DNA of 64,000 nucleotides from an uncultured Bacteroidales bacterium (GTDB lineage Bacteria > Bacteroidota > Bacteroidia > Bacteroidales > Muribaculaceae). The position numbers and the translations under genes are program-made. The DNA is taken from NCBI GenBank assembly GCA_902800715.1, contig CADCFN010000006.1, positions 67,303 to 131,302 on the forward strand, written 5' to 3'. The notes beneath the pieces are model-generated. The model was given only the letters and a program-made list of their open reading frames with translations. It did not search any database and was not told where the DNA came from. This document shows positions 47,946 through 58,622 of this stretch, one piece after another; position 1 is the stretch's first letter, and every line of letters begins with the position of its first letter.

Positions 47946-48908
47946 TCATTCCTGCGGGAGACGACGGAAGCCTTCGCCCAGAATCTCGCTGCTCTCCATG
48001 ATGTTGACAAACGCGTGCGGGTCGATATGGTAGAGAACCGAACGCAACTTAATCATATCGGAGCGGTCGAGTGTGACATAGAGCATCTTGCGCTCGGTAC
48101 CCTTGTATAGGCCCGTGCCAGCGATGAGCGTGCCGCCACGCTTGATGTCGTTGATGATGTAGTCGCGCACAGCTTCGGCCTCATCGGTAACGATGAACAT
48201 GGTCTTGTAGGTCTTCATACCGTCGACCACGAGGTCGATGACCTTGCCCTCGATGAAGATGATGATAATCGAGTAGATGGGCAGGCGGATGTCACCAAAG
48301 GCGACAAGGGTGCTCAACGTGATGATGCCATCGACAATCATGACGAGAGTGCCCAAGGAAATCTTGGTGTATTTGTGCAGAATCATCGAGATGATATCCG
48401 AACCGCCGCTGGTAGCGCCCGAACGGAAAATGAGGCCGATGGCCACACCGTAGATGATACCGGCGACCACGGTATTAAGGAAGTAGTCGGGATGGAACCA
48501 GCCGCCGTGGTGGGGAATCTCGACCATCGACTTGACCATCGACGGGTCAACAGTTGCCGTGATACCTCCATCATGGATAACGGGGTTATAGCCCCACCAA
48601 CTCTCGAGCACAAAGGTGAACAAGAAAATCAGCGCCGTCGAGACGATGGTCTTGATGCCGAACTTGGGACCCAGAATCCATGTGCCGATGAGCAGCAAGG
48701 GGATATCCATGCAGATGGCGTAGAGCGAAATCTTCCAGGGCCACAGCGTGTTGAACACGTTGGAAAGACCGTAGGTGCCACCAGGCGCCATCAGATAAGG
48801 GTTCACAAACATCACGTCGCCGATGGCGAACAGCAGGCTACCCACCGTGAGTAGGACATAAGCCAAAACTTCCTGCCACAATTTTCTCTTTGGATCAATC
48901 TTAATCAT
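47946..48908 (-). CDS. YitT family membrane protein
   Basis: APGG, GATSGGSDI, RGGT, IDPHAFV, GEGF. Confidence 0.9.
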   Translation of the reverse strand: MIKIDPKRKLWQEVLAYVLLTVGSLLFAIGDVMFVNPYLMAPGGTYGLSNVFNTLWPWKISLYAICMDIPLLLIGTWILGPKFGIKTIVSTALIFLFTFVLESWWGYNPVIHDGGITATVDPSMVKSMVEIPHHGGWFHPDYFLNTVVAGIIYGVAIGLIFRSGATSGGSDIISMILHKYTKISLGTLVMIVDGIITLSTLVAFGDIRLPIYSIIIIFIEGKVIDLVVDGMKTYKTMFIVTDEAEAVRDYIINDIKRGGTLIAGTGLYKGTERKMLYVTLDRSDMIKLRSVLYHIDPHAFVNIMESSEILGEGFRRLPQE

Positions 48909-49109
48909 AGCTTATTCTCTGAATTTGGGCGCAAAGGTACTACTTATTTCCCGAACAGCAGCCCACATCAAAAGGAAAACCTAATATTTTTATTATCAAA
49001 AAAATACTCATGAATAACAGAAAAAAAACGCGTGAACATCATGAAATGTGAGGAAAACTTCGTACCTTTGCCTTCAATGTACCAAAAAACTAATCTAACA
49101 TTGAATATT

Positions 49110-49820
49110 ATGGCAGACAAAACTCCTACTCCGCACATCGGCGCCAAGTATGGCGAGATTGCACCCACAGTGATTATGGCAGGCGACCCCTTGCGCGCCA
49201 AGTTGATGGCAGAACGCTATCTTGAGAATCCCGTGCTCTACAACCAGGTGCGCGGAATGCTCGGTTACACAGGCATGTACAAGGGAAAACGCATTTCAGT
49301 GCAAGGCCACGGCATGGGTATTCCCTCGATTGGCATCTACAGCTATGAGTTGTTCAACTTCTATGACGTGAAGACTATCATCCGCGTGGGTTCCGCCGGC
49401 TCGATGCACCCCGACCTGCACATCGGCGACCTGGTGATGGCGATGGGTGCCTGCACCAACAGCGCCTATGCTATGCAGTTCCACCTGCCGGGCATCTATG
49501 CCCCGATTGCTGACTTCGACCTGTTGCGTTCAGCCGTTGAGAAAGCCGAGGAACTGGGTTACAACTACAAGGTGGGCAACGTCTATTCATCGGACACCTT
49601 CTACGATGACAGCCCCGACACCGACCAGTGGCAAAAGATGGGCGTTCTCGCCGTAGAGATGGAGGCCCCCGCCCTGTACATGAATGCCGCACGCAGCGGT
49701 GCCCGCGCCCTGTGCATCTGCACCATCAGCGACTCGCTGATAACCGGCGAGGTGACCACCGCCGAGGAGCGCCAGAACAGCTTCACCAAGATGATGGACG
49801 TAGCGTTCGGTATCATTTAA
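49110..49820 (+). CDS. deoD: Purine nucleoside phosphorylase
   Basis: [32 protein letters not shown]. Confidence 0.96.
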   Translation: MADKTPTPHIGAKYGEIAPTVIMAGDPLRAKLMAERYLENPVLYNQVRGMLGYTGMYKGKRISVQGHGMGIPSIGIYSYELFNFYDVKTIIRVGSAGSMHPDLHIGDLVMAMGACTNSAYAMQFHLPGIYAPIADFDLLRSAVEKAEELGYNYKVGNVYSSDTFYDDSPDTDQWQKMGVLAVEMEAPALYMNAARSGARALCICTISDSLITGEVTTAEERQNSFTKMMDVAFGII

Positions 49821-49868
49821 TCACTGAGGTGCAGGAATTAGCATCTCCACAACCAGATTACAAGAATT

Positions 49869-50858
49869 ATGGCAATGCTATCCAGGATCACCGAACTGTT
49901 TGAAATCGACTATCCCGTGATTTCAGGCGGTATGGTGTGGTGCAGCGGGTGGGAACTTGCTGCCGCCGTTAGTAACGCCGGAGGCCTAGGCCTGATCGGC
50001 GCCGGGTCGATGGAACCCGATGTACTGCGCGAGCACATCATCAAGTGCCGTGAAGCTACGCCCTACCCATTTGGCGTAAATGTGCCCCTGATGCGCCCTC
50101 AAGCCGCAGAGCTGATGGAAGTCATTGCCGAGCAGAAGGTTCGTGTCGTGTTCACTTCTGCCGGCAGCCCCAAGAAATGGACAAACTGGCTGCACGAACA
50201 CAAAATCAAAGTGGTTCACGTGGTATCCTCGTCGGCCCAAGCGGTTAAATGCGAGGAAGCTGGTGTTGACGCCATTGTTGCTGAGGGCTTTGAAGCCGGT
50301 GGACACAACGGCAAGGAGGAAACCACAACCATGTGTCTGATTCCCGCCGTGCGCCGTGTTACCGATTTGCCGCTTATCGCCGCCGGAGGCATCGCCACTG
50401 GCGACGCCATGCTGGCCGCAGAGGCCATGGGTGCCGACGGCGTACAAATCGGCACCTTGTTTGCCCTCACCCAGGAGAGTTCAGCCCATGAGAACTTCAA
50501 GCGCCTGTGCCTCAACCTAGACGAGGGCAGCACCCTGCTCCACTTCAGGAAGCTCTCTCCCACCCGTCTTGTCAAAAACGGTTTCCAGCAAGCCGTTCAA
50601 GAAGCCGAGAATCGTGGTGCCAGCGAAGAAGAACTGCTTGATATCATCGGTATCGGTAAGACCAAAACAGGTATCTTTGAAGGCGACATCGAGAACGGAG
50701 AACTCGAAATCGGTCAAGCCGCCAGCCTGCTTAAAGGTCGCGAAATCGAACCCGTTGAGATTGTGATGGAACGGTTTGTGTATGAGTATTACTCAGCACG
50801 CAAACAGCTCATCAACCAAGCAATGGAGGAGCAAATCTCAAGAAGAACTTTAATGTAA
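49869..50858 (+). CDS. FabK/nitronate monooxygenase family flavoprotein
   Basis: GGMVWCSG, AVSNAGGLG, EGFEAGGHNG, AAGGI. Confidence 0.85.
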   Translation: MAMLSRITELFEIDYPVISGGMVWCSGWELAAAVSNAGGLGLIGAGSMEPDVLREHIIKCREATPYPFGVNVPLMRPQAAELMEVIAEQKVRVVFTSAGSPKKWTNWLHEHKIKVVHVVSSSAQAVKCEEAGVDAIVAEGFEAGGHNGKEETTTMCLIPAVRRVTDLPLIAAGGIATGDAMLAAEAMGADGVQIGTLFALTQESSAHENFKRLCLNLDEGSTLLHFRKLSPTRLVKNGFQQAVQEAENRGASEEELLDIIGIGKTKTGIFEGDIENGELEIGQAASLLKGREIEPVEIVMERFVYEYYSARKQLINQAMEEQISRRTLM

Positions 50859-51008
50859 TAATCTGTTTGGTGCTGTGGCATTTTCCTGGCACCAAACAAA
50901 GATTAATGATTAAAGATTAGGGATAAAGAGATACAACTGGACAAGAAACAGCATTTTATTATTAACAAAATTTAAATAATAACTTTAAAATTATATCATC
51001 AAACAATT

Positions 51009-51494
51009 ATGTCACAGTGGTTTGAATGCAAAGTAAAGTATGACCGCATGATGGAAAACGGCGTCATGAAAACCGTTTCAGAGCCTTATCTTGTTGACGC
51101 TCTGTCATTTACCGAAGCCGAGGCTCGCATTACCGATAAGATGCAGCCCTACATCAGCGGCGAATTCAATGTAGATGCCGTCAAGCGCGTGAATCTGAGC
51201 GACATTTTCTATAATGAGAGCGGCGACCGCTGGTATAAGGTCAAGACTAACTTTATTACTATCGACGAGAAAACCGCCGTCGAGAAGCGCACTGCCAGCT
51301 ATCAGCTCGTGCAGGCCAGCGACTTCAAGGGCGCACTCGCTACATTCATGGAAGGCATGCACGATACGATGGCCGATTTTGAAATCGCATCGATTACCGA
51401 GACCCCTCTCATGGACGTATTCCCCGCCGACCTCGACGAGACACGCGCCGACCGTGAGGCACGCCAGAAAGCACAGAGCAAACAGAACGGCTAA
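51009..51494 (+). CDS. DUF4494 family protein
   Basis: WFECKVKY, YLVDALSFTEAEARI, LVQASD. Confidence 0.8.
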   Translation: MSQWFECKVKYDRMMENGVMKTVSEPYLVDALSFTEAEARITDKMQPYISGEFNVDAVKRVNLSDIFYNESGDRWYKVKTNFITIDEKTAVEKRTASYQLVQASDFKGALATFMEGMHDTMADFEIASITETPLMDVFPADLDETRADREARQKAQSKQNG

Positions 51495-51501
51495 ACACAA
51501 C

Positions 51502-52176
51502 ATGGCAAGCATTCAAGAAAATCTCGATAAGGTAACATCGCAGCTGCCTCAAGGCGTGCGACTAATTGCCGTCTCAAAGTTCCACCCCGTCGAGGAACTC
51601 GCCGAGGCCTACGAGGCGGGCCAGCGCCTTTTCGGAGAGAACCGCGCCCAAGAACTTGTAGCCAAGGCTCCGCAGTTGCCTCAAGACATCTGCTGGCACT
51701 TCATCGGACACCTGCAGAAGAACAAAGTGCGCGCCATCATGCCTCACGTCAGTGTGATTGAGAGCGTGGACAGTGTGGAACTGTTGCGCCTCATCGAGAA
51801 AGAAGCCGCACGCATCGACCGCACCGTCGATGTGTTGCTGCAACTGCATGTGGCTCAAGAGGAGACCAAGAGCGGCTTCAGCGTCGAGGAGGTGCTGGAA
51901 GCAGGCGAGGCAGGAGAACTGACCGAGAATCTCCCGCACGTTCACGTGTGTGGTGTTATGGCCATGGCATCGCTTACCGACGACATGGAGCAGGTGGCAA
52001 AGGAGTTTGACCTCGTGCGCCGCACCTATATCACCCTGAAAGACGGTTGCTTTGACGAGAGCGAGTACTTCAACGAGCTGAGCATGGGCATGAGCGACGA
52101 CTGGCAGGTCGCCGTCAAGTATGGCGCTACCCTAGTGCGCATCGGCACTGCCATTTTCGGCCCAAGAGAATACTGA
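51502..52176 (+). CDS. yggS: YggS family PLP-homeostasis protein
   Basis: LIAVSKFHP, FGENRAQE, HFIGHLQKNK, LSMGMSDD, VRIGTAIFG. Confidence 0.93.
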   Translation: MASIQENLDKVTSQLPQGVRLIAVSKFHPVEELAEAYEAGQRLFGENRAQELVAKAPQLPQDICWHFIGHLQKNKVRAIMPHVSVIESVDSVELLRLIEKEAARIDRTVDVLLQLHVAQEETKSGFSVEEVLEAGEAGELTENLPHVHVCGVMAMASLTDDMEQVAKEFDLVRRTYITLKDGCFDESEYFNELSMGMSDDWQVAVKYGATLVRIGTAIFGPREY

Positions 52177-52281
52177 TTTTCAAGAAAAAATCATCCTTAA
52201 TACGGCATTTTGGAAAAAATGTCGTATTTTTGCCAAAAATTATCACAAAACAAACATTTATAACCAATTTTTAGAACAAAC

Positions 52282-53538
52282 ATGACTAAAGAAAAGAAAA
52301 ACGGAGCCTTGGTGTCAATTATCGCCATGATGTTCCTCTTCGCCATGATTTCATTTGTGACTAACATGGCAGCACCTTTCGGCACCATTTGGGATGACCA
52401 TTACGATTGGGCCGGAATGATGGGTAACATGATGAACTTTGCCGCCTATTTGTTTATGGGTATTCCCGCCGGCATCCTCATCACCAAAATCGGATACAAG
52501 AAAACCGCTCTTGTCGCCTTGGCACTCGGTTTCATCGGCATGGCAATACAATACTTGTCAAGCACCATGACCCCCAGTGAAATCAGCACCTATGTCATCT
52601 ATCTCATCGGTGCTTTCATCTGTGGTTTCTGCGTTTGTATCCTTAACACGGTGGTTAACCCCATGCTCAACCAGTTGGGCGGTGGCGGTAACCGTGGTAA
52701 CCAGCTCATCCAGACTGGTGGCACGCTCAACTCCTTGGCAGCAACGCTGACGCCAATGTTTGTGGGCATGCTGATTGGAGAAACGACCGAGAAGACAACC
52801 ATGGAGTCTGTTCAGCCGCTGCTGTTCATCGCTATGGGTATTTTCCTTATCTCGTTCGCTATCATCTACTTCACCAAACTTCAAGAGCCTGAGACTGAAG
52901 CCCAGAACGTGATGCAGGGTGTGAAAGGCGCACTCGGTTTCCGTCATCTGGTGCTGGGTATCATCGCCATCTTCTTCTATGTGGGCATCGAGATAGGTAT
53001 TCCCGGACAGCTCCTGTTCTACCTCACTGAGCCTGTTGCTGAGGGTGGTGTTCTGGGCAGTGCACCCATTGCAGGCGCCATCGCTGGTATCTATTGGCTG
53101 CTCATGTTGGTTGGTCGCTTCAGCAGTTCTCTTATTTCAGGCAAGGTGTCACCACGAACACAGCTCACTTGCACGACAATCTTGGCCATCATTCTCTTAT
53201 TGGTTGCCATCTTCATGCCCGAGGATGTCAAGATGACCCTGAAGGGTGCTGAGGTACCCGTCAAGGTGCTGTTCATCATCATGTGCGGCATCTGCACTTC
53301 AGTTATGTGGGGCGTTGTCTTCAACCTTGCCACCGAAGGCTTGGGCAAATACACCGCTGCCGCATCTGGTCTGTTCATGACGATGGTTGTGGGTGGTGGC
53401 GTGATGCCGCTCATCCAGAACTTCATGTCTGATGAAGTTGGCCATATCCAGAGCTACTGGCTAGTTATCGCCATGCTGGCCTACATGTTATTCTACGCGC
53501 TCGTCGGCAGCAAACCTTCAAAGAAAGCTGCAGAATAA
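52282..53538 (+). CDS. MFS sugar permease (FucP/GluP-like)
   Basis: About 12 TM segments; IGYKK, NTVVNP, FFYVGIE, MVVGGG. Confidence 0.85.
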   Translation: MTKEKKNGALVSIIAMMFLFAMISFVTNMAAPFGTIWDDHYDWAGMMGNMMNFAAYLFMGIPAGILITKIGYKKTALVALALGFIGMAIQYLSSTMTPSEISTYVIYLIGAFICGFCVCILNTVVNPMLNQLGGGGNRGNQLIQTGGTLNSLAATLTPMFVGMLIGETTEKTTMESVQPLLFIAMGIFLISFAIIYFTKLQEPETEAQNVMQGVKGALGFRHLVLGIIAIFFYVGIEIGIPGQLLFYLTEPVAEGGVLGSAPIAGAIAGIYWLLMLVGRFSSSLISGKVSPRTQLTCTTILAIILLLVAIFMPEDVKMTLKGAEVPVKVLFIIMCGICTSVMWGVVFNLATEGLGKYTAAASGLFMTMVVGGGVMPLIQNFMSDEVGHIQSYWLVIAMLAYMLFYALVGSKPSKKAAE

Positions 53539-53568
53539 CCATTATCGACTGATAATCAATCACATCAT

Positions 53569-53607
53569 TGTGGCCACGCCTCGCGGTGTGGCCACATTTT
53601 TTATTTT
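53569..53607 (+). terminator. Rho-independent terminator
   Basis: TGTGGCCACGCC...GGTGTGGCCACA then T-run. Confidence 0.75.
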
Positions 53608-53697
53608 TGTTAATAAAAACATCGTACTGATTCTACCACATTTCAAAAAAAAGCCGTATTTTTGTAGTTTAATAAAAACCTCAAAAACTCAAGGATT

Positions 53698-55728
53698 ATG
53701 ATTGACTCCAAGTTGATGACTCGCGCAGCGGACAACATCCGCATTTTGGCTGCTTCGATGGTAGAACAGGCCAAGTCAGGACATCCCGGTGGCGCCATGG
53801 GTGGTGCCGACTTTGTGAACGTCCTGTTTTCCAAGTATCTCGTGACTGACCCCGACAACCCCTCGTGGTTTGCCCGTGACCGCTTCTTCCTAGATCCCGG
53901 CCACATGTCGCCGATGCTTTATAGCGTGCTGCACCTAGCAGGCCGCTACACGACCGACGACCTCAAGGCATTCCGCTCGTGGGGCAGCATCACGCCCGGC
54001 CATCCCGAATTGGACGTTGAGCATGGCGTGGAAAACACATCCGGTCCTCTGGGCCAAGGTCATGTGATGGCTGTGGGATGTGCCATTGCCGAGCGTTTTA
54101 TCGCTACACACTATAGTGAGGTATTTGCCCACAAGACCTACGCCTTCATCAGCGACGGCGGCGTACAGGAGGGCATTTCCCAAGAGGCTGCACGCATTGC
54201 CGGCTACCTGGGACTGAATAACCTCATCATGTTCTATGACAGCAATACGGTACAGTTATCGACCGACTGCGATGCCGTGAGCAACGAGGATACCGCCATG
54301 AAGTACCGCGCATGGAACTGGAACGTCATCGAGTGTGACGGCACCGACCCTGCCGCACTCGCTGCCGCACTCGACAAGGCAATAGCCGAGACCGAGCGTC
54401 CCTCTATCATCATCGGACGCACCATCATGGGCCGCGGCTGCGTGACCGCCGAGGGCGAGAACTTTGAGGGCAAATGCAGCACTCACGGCAACCCCTTGAG
54501 CAAGTCGGGAGCCGACTACGGCAAGACCATCGAGCACCTGGGCGGCAATCCCGAGAATCCCTGGGTTGTGTTCCCCGAGGTGGCTGAACTGTATGCTCAG
54601 CGCGCAGCCGAGCAACGCGATATCGTCGCTAAACGCAAAAAAGACATCGAAGCATGGGCTCAGCAGAATCCCGAAGCCATGCAACGCCTGCAAGACTATA
54701 TCGACGGCAAGGCGCCTCAAGTGGACTATGCCGCCATCGAGCACAAGCCCGGCATCGCCACCCGTGCTGCCAGCGCCAACGTGCTTGCCGCCCTTGCCAA
54801 GGACGTTGAGAATATGATTGTTTCATCGGCCGACCTTGCCAACAGTGACAAGACCGACGGATACCTCAAGGTGAGAGGTGCATTCAAACGCCACGACTTC
54901 ACAGGCGCATTCCTGCATGCCGGCGTATCGGAACTTGCCATGGCAGCCATCATCAACGGTATGGTCCTGCATGGTGGAGTGATTGCCGCCTGCGGTACGT
55001 TCTTCGTGTTCAGCGACTACATCAAGCCTGCAGCCCGTCTGTCGGCGCTGATGGAGCTGCCCGTCAAGTTCATCTGGACCCACGACGCCTTCCGCGTAGG
55101 CGAGGACGGTCCCACTCATGAGCCCGTGGAACAGGAAGCCCAAATCCGCCTGATGGAAGAGTTGCAGAATCACCATGGCCGTAACAGCATGCTCGTGCTG
55201 CGTCCCGCCGATGCTGCCGAGACCTCTGTGGCATGGAAGATGGCGATGGAGAACAACCTGACGCCCACCGCACTGATTCTCTCGCGCCAGAATATCGACG
55301 ACCTGCCCTCGGCAACGGGCAACCGCTATCAAGATGCCCTGGGCGCCGAGCGTGGCGGCTATGTTGTCATCAAGCAGGACAAGCCCGACGTAGTGCTTGT
55401 CGGCAATGGCTCTGAAGTAGCCACACTGGTTGCCGCCAATGCCATCATCAGCGAGCAAGGCATTAAAGCCCAAGTGGTTTCGGTTCCGTCCATCGGTCTT
55501 TTCCTCAATCAGGATGCCGATTACCGCAACCAAGTCATTCCCGCCGATGTTCCCGCATTTGGTCTGACCTCAGGACTGCCCAGCACCTTGAGGCGCGTGG
55601 TACCCACCGGCACCATTTACGGCCTCGACCACTTCGGAGCATCAGCACCCTATAAGGTACTTGATGAAAAATTCGGTTTCACTCCTCAAAATATTGCTGA
55701 GAAGATTATCGAATTCGTGAAATCATAA
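53698..55728 (+). CDS. tkt: Transketolase
   Basis: SGHPGG, RDRF, TPGHPE, GPLGQG, GEDGPTH, LRPADA. Confidence 0.96.
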   Translation: MIDSKLMTRAADNIRILAASMVEQAKSGHPGGAMGGADFVNVLFSKYLVTDPDNPSWFARDRFFLDPGHMSPMLYSVLHLAGRYTTDDLKAFRSWGSITPGHPELDVEHGVENTSGPLGQGHVMAVGCAIAERFIATHYSEVFAHKTYAFISDGGVQEGISQEAARIAGYLGLNNLIMFYDSNTVQLSTDCDAVSNEDTAMKYRAWNWNVIECDGTDPAALAAALDKAIAETERPSIIIGRTIMGRGCVTAEGENFEGKCSTHGNPLSKSGADYGKTIEHLGGNPENPWVVFPEVAELYAQRAAEQRDIVAKRKKDIEAWAQQNPEAMQRLQDYIDGKAPQVDYAAIEHKPGIATRAASANVLAALAKDVENMIVSSADLANSDKTDGYLKVRGAFKRHDFTGAFLHAGVSELAMAAIINGMVLHGGVIAACGTFFVFSDYIKPAARLSALMELPVKFIWTHDAFRVGEDGPTHEPVEQEAQIRLMEELQNHHGRNSMLVLRPADAAETSVAWKMAMENNLTPTALILSRQNIDDLPSATGNRYQDALGAERGGYVVIKQDKPDVVLVGNGSEVATLVAANAIISEQGIKAQVVSVPSIGLFLNQDADYRNQVIPADVPAFGLTSGLPSTLRRVVPTGTIYGLDHFGASAPYKVLDEKFGFTPQNIAEKIIEFVKS

Positions 55729-55857
55729 AAAACAACATGCGAAGAAAAAAATTAGCATTAAATTTCGCTAATAAAAATAAATGTCGTACTTTTGCACGAT
55801 AAAACAACCATCTGTCAATAAAAATAGTTTAACAAAATAAAACGTAAGTTTATAATT

Positions 55858-57099
55858 ATGAGGAAATTTACATTATTCTTGCTTCTGTGCGTATCATGCC
55901 TGCTGCCCTCGGTAACGAGTGCACAGGAAGTAACCTATGTTGAGGATCCGTCACAAGGCTACCTCTTCAACCGCATGAGGGACAACTGGTTCATCACTGC
56001 AGATGGAGGTATCGGCCTGATGATGTCATCTTACGACAGGCACGAGAAGTTTGGTCACCGTCTGGGTGCAAAAGCCGACTTCTTCATTGGTAAGTGGTTC
56101 TCCCCGCTTCTGGGTTTGCGCGGAGGTGTTGATTTCGAGCAGATTAAGGGTGCAACCTGGACCGGCAACTATGCCGCTCTCGGTTATCGTTCATGGCCCC
56201 GTATCCTCGACGGTGGCAGGTTCGTTCCCCAGCACTTCAACAACTTCGGTCTTGTTGGTGACGTTCTGTTCAATGTCTCGAACTGGTTGTGTGGTTACAA
56301 GCCCTACCGCTTCTACAACTGCATCTTCTACGTGGGTATGACTGTGAACTGGGTATATGCCCGTGATGGTGCCCGCCCCGTATCTGACGGCAAGTGGAAA
56401 TATGGTGCAAACGATGACCCCGACCACAGCCGCAACTACAGTATGCAGACCGGTTTGCTCAACAGCTTTGCTATCACCAAGAGGCTTGACTTCAACATCG
56501 ACCTTCGCTTCGACCTCATGCAGGAGCACATCGACGGTGCCGGTATGGGTTACAGGACCTGGAACGAGTATCCCGGTATCCTGCTGGGTATGACCTACAA
56601 GCTGGGCAAGAGCGAGTGGAACGCTCCCGTTACCGCCGTTTGCCCCGAGTGGAAATACACCGATGCCGAGGGTGATGCTCTGGTTGCCGACCTGAACAAC
56701 GCCAACCGCCGCATCGCTGACCTTGAGGATCAGCTGCGCAAGTGCCTCGAGAAGAAGCCTGAGCCCGCTGCTCCCGAGTCTCCCCTTGCAACGATTTACT
56801 TCCCCATCAACCGCACTGAGGTTCTGGGTGTTCAGCGCAACGTGCTCGATGCTGTTGCCGAGGTCATGAAGAACGAAAACCGCAACTACCTGCTTACCGG
56901 TTGGGCCGACAACTACACTGGCAACGACCAGATCAACGTCCGCCTGCGTAAGGGTCGTGTTGCTACCGTCAAGAGCGAACTCGTGAAGAAGGGTGTTGCC
57001 GACAGCCGTCTCGAGACCGAGATCAACAATGGCGAGCTCACCAACTACGGTCCCAAGTGCGCTTCTCTCGACCGCGCCGTGACCATCCACCGCAAGTAA
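55858..57099 (+). CDS. OmpA family outer-membrane protein
   Basis: Signal peptide, N-terminal barrel (DNWFI, GKWFSP), C-terminal IYFPIN, GWAD..TG...N..L...R. Confidence 0.88.
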   Translation: MRKFTLFLLLCVSCLLPSVTSAQEVTYVEDPSQGYLFNRMRDNWFITADGGIGLMMSSYDRHEKFGHRLGAKADFFIGKWFSPLLGLRGGVDFEQIKGATWTGNYAALGYRSWPRILDGGRFVPQHFNNFGLVGDVLFNVSNWLCGYKPYRFYNCIFYVGMTVNWVYARDGARPVSDGKWKYGANDDPDHSRNYSMQTGLLNSFAITKRLDFNIDLRFDLMQEHIDGAGMGYRTWNEYPGILLGMTYKLGKSEWNAPVTAVCPEWKYTDAEGDALVADLNNANRRIADLEDQLRKCLEKKPEPAAPESPLATIYFPINRTEVLGVQRNVLDAVAEVMKNENRNYLLTGWADNYTGNDQINVRLRKGRVATVKSELVKKGVADSRLETEINNGELTNYGPKCASLDRAVTIHRK

Positions 57100-57122
57100 T
57101 CACTTGACGAGGATTTAAAACA

Positions 57123-57162
57123 AAAAAAGGTGTTCCACTCTCTACTGGTGGAACATCTTTTT
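57123..57162 (+). terminator. Terminator
   Basis: AAAAAAGGTGTTCCAC...GTGGAACATCTTTTTT. Confidence 0.75.
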
Positions 57163-57197
57163 TAAATACCCTTCACATTTATATTATATAGGCACCC

Positions 57198-58622
57198 ATG
57201 TCACCGCAGCCAGGCAAAGACTCATTGCTTCGTCTTATCCGTGATGGGCAACCGTTGTCACTCAAGCAACAGTTGCGCCTCACACTGGCATTGAGCATAC
57301 CTGCCATTCTCGCCAACGCGTCGGCAGTCGTGATGCAATTCATCGACGCAGCCATGGTGGGACAGCTGGGTGCCGACGACTCGGCGTCGGTTGGGCTCAT
57401 GGGTACGACCAACTGGCTGTTCGAGGGGGTATTGAGCGCCTTTGCCGCCGGTTATGCCGTGCAGGTAGCCCATCTGCTGGGAGCCAAGCGCAGTGTTGAT
57501 GCGCGGCAAGTGGTGAGGCAAGCCATTGTGGTGTGTCTGATTTTCAGCCTGATGCTGGCGGGATTTGGGCTGATGATATGCCGTCCGTTGCCGGTTTGGC
57601 TTGGTGCCCAACCCCACATCCGTGCCCATGCGACCCTCTATTTCGGCACATTCATGCTTTTCGTGCCGTTTTTCATGCTCGACATCGTGGCAAGCTCGAT
57701 GCTGCGGAGCAGCGGCAACATGCGCATTCCCAGCATGCTCAACATTCTGATGTGCGTGCTGGATGTGGTCTTCAACTTTTTCCTGATTTTCCCCACTCGC
57801 CAAGTCACCTTGCTGGACCACAGCATGACGATACCCGGTGCAGGCCTGGGTGTCGTGGGTGCAGCTCTGGGAACGGCATGCGCCGGCCTTGTGGTTGCCA
57901 TGCTCATGATGTACTATCTTGTTTTCCGTTCCAGCGAGCTGCGGCTCACCATCGACCGGGGTACATTCAAACCCACTTGGAAGACGTTCAGGAAAGCCAT
58001 CGGCATTTCCACCCCGATGGGCCTGCAACACATCATGATGTGCAGCGCTTCTATCGTCATCACAGGTATCGTCGCCCCGCTGGGCAGCATCGCCCTCGCC
58101 GCCAACTCGTTCGGCATTACCGCCGAGAGCCTCTGCTATATGTCGGGTTACGGCATCGCCGATGCCGCCACGACGCTCATCGGACAAAGCCTGGGCGCAG
58201 GCCGCAAACGTCTCACCCGCAGCTTTGCTTGGATTACCGTGTTCTTGGGCATGTTCATGATGGGAGTAATGGCAGTATTCATGTATGTGTTTGCGACCCA
58301 GCTGATGGGGCTCATGTCACCTGTTCCCGAGGTGGTTGATCTGGGAGCGCGGTGCCTGCGTGTCGAGGCTTGGTCCGAGCCTTTGTTCGCTGCCGCCATC
58401 ATCTGCTACGGCGTGTTTGTGGGTGCCGGTTACACGCTGGTGCCCTGCGGCATCAACCTGGTGAGCATGTGGATGGTGAGACTTGGCTTATCGGCCCTCA
58501 TGGTGACCACGATGGGACTCTACGGCGTGTGGATGGCTATGGCGATAGAATTGTGCTTCCGTGGCACGGTATATCTCTTGTGGCTGTCTTCCAAGCGCTG
58601 GATGAGAACCGTCATTGATTAG
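57198..58622 (+). CDS. MATE family efflux transporter
   Basis: IDAAMVGQLG, GNMRIP, LDVVFN, LIGQSLGAG. Confidence 0.92.
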   Translation: MSPQPGKDSLLRLIRDGQPLSLKQQLRLTLALSIPAILANASAVVMQFIDAAMVGQLGADDSASVGLMGTTNWLFEGVLSAFAAGYAVQVAHLLGAKRSVDARQVVRQAIVVCLIFSLMLAGFGLMICRPLPVWLGAQPHIRAHATLYFGTFMLFVPFFMLDIVASSMLRSSGNMRIPSMLNILMCVLDVVFNFFLIFPTRQVTLLDHSMTIPGAGLGVVGAALGTACAGLVVAMLMMYYLVFRSSELRLTIDRGTFKPTWKTFRKAIGISTPMGLQHIMMCSASIVITGIVAPLGSIALAANSFGITAESLCYMSGYGIADAATTLIGQSLGAGRKRLTRSFAWITVFLGMFMMGVMAVFMYVFATQLMGLMSPVPEVVDLGARCLRVEAWSEPLFAAAIICYGVFVGAGYTLVPCGINLVSMWMVRLGLSALMVTTMGLYGVWMAMAIELCFRGTVYLLWLSSKRWMRTVID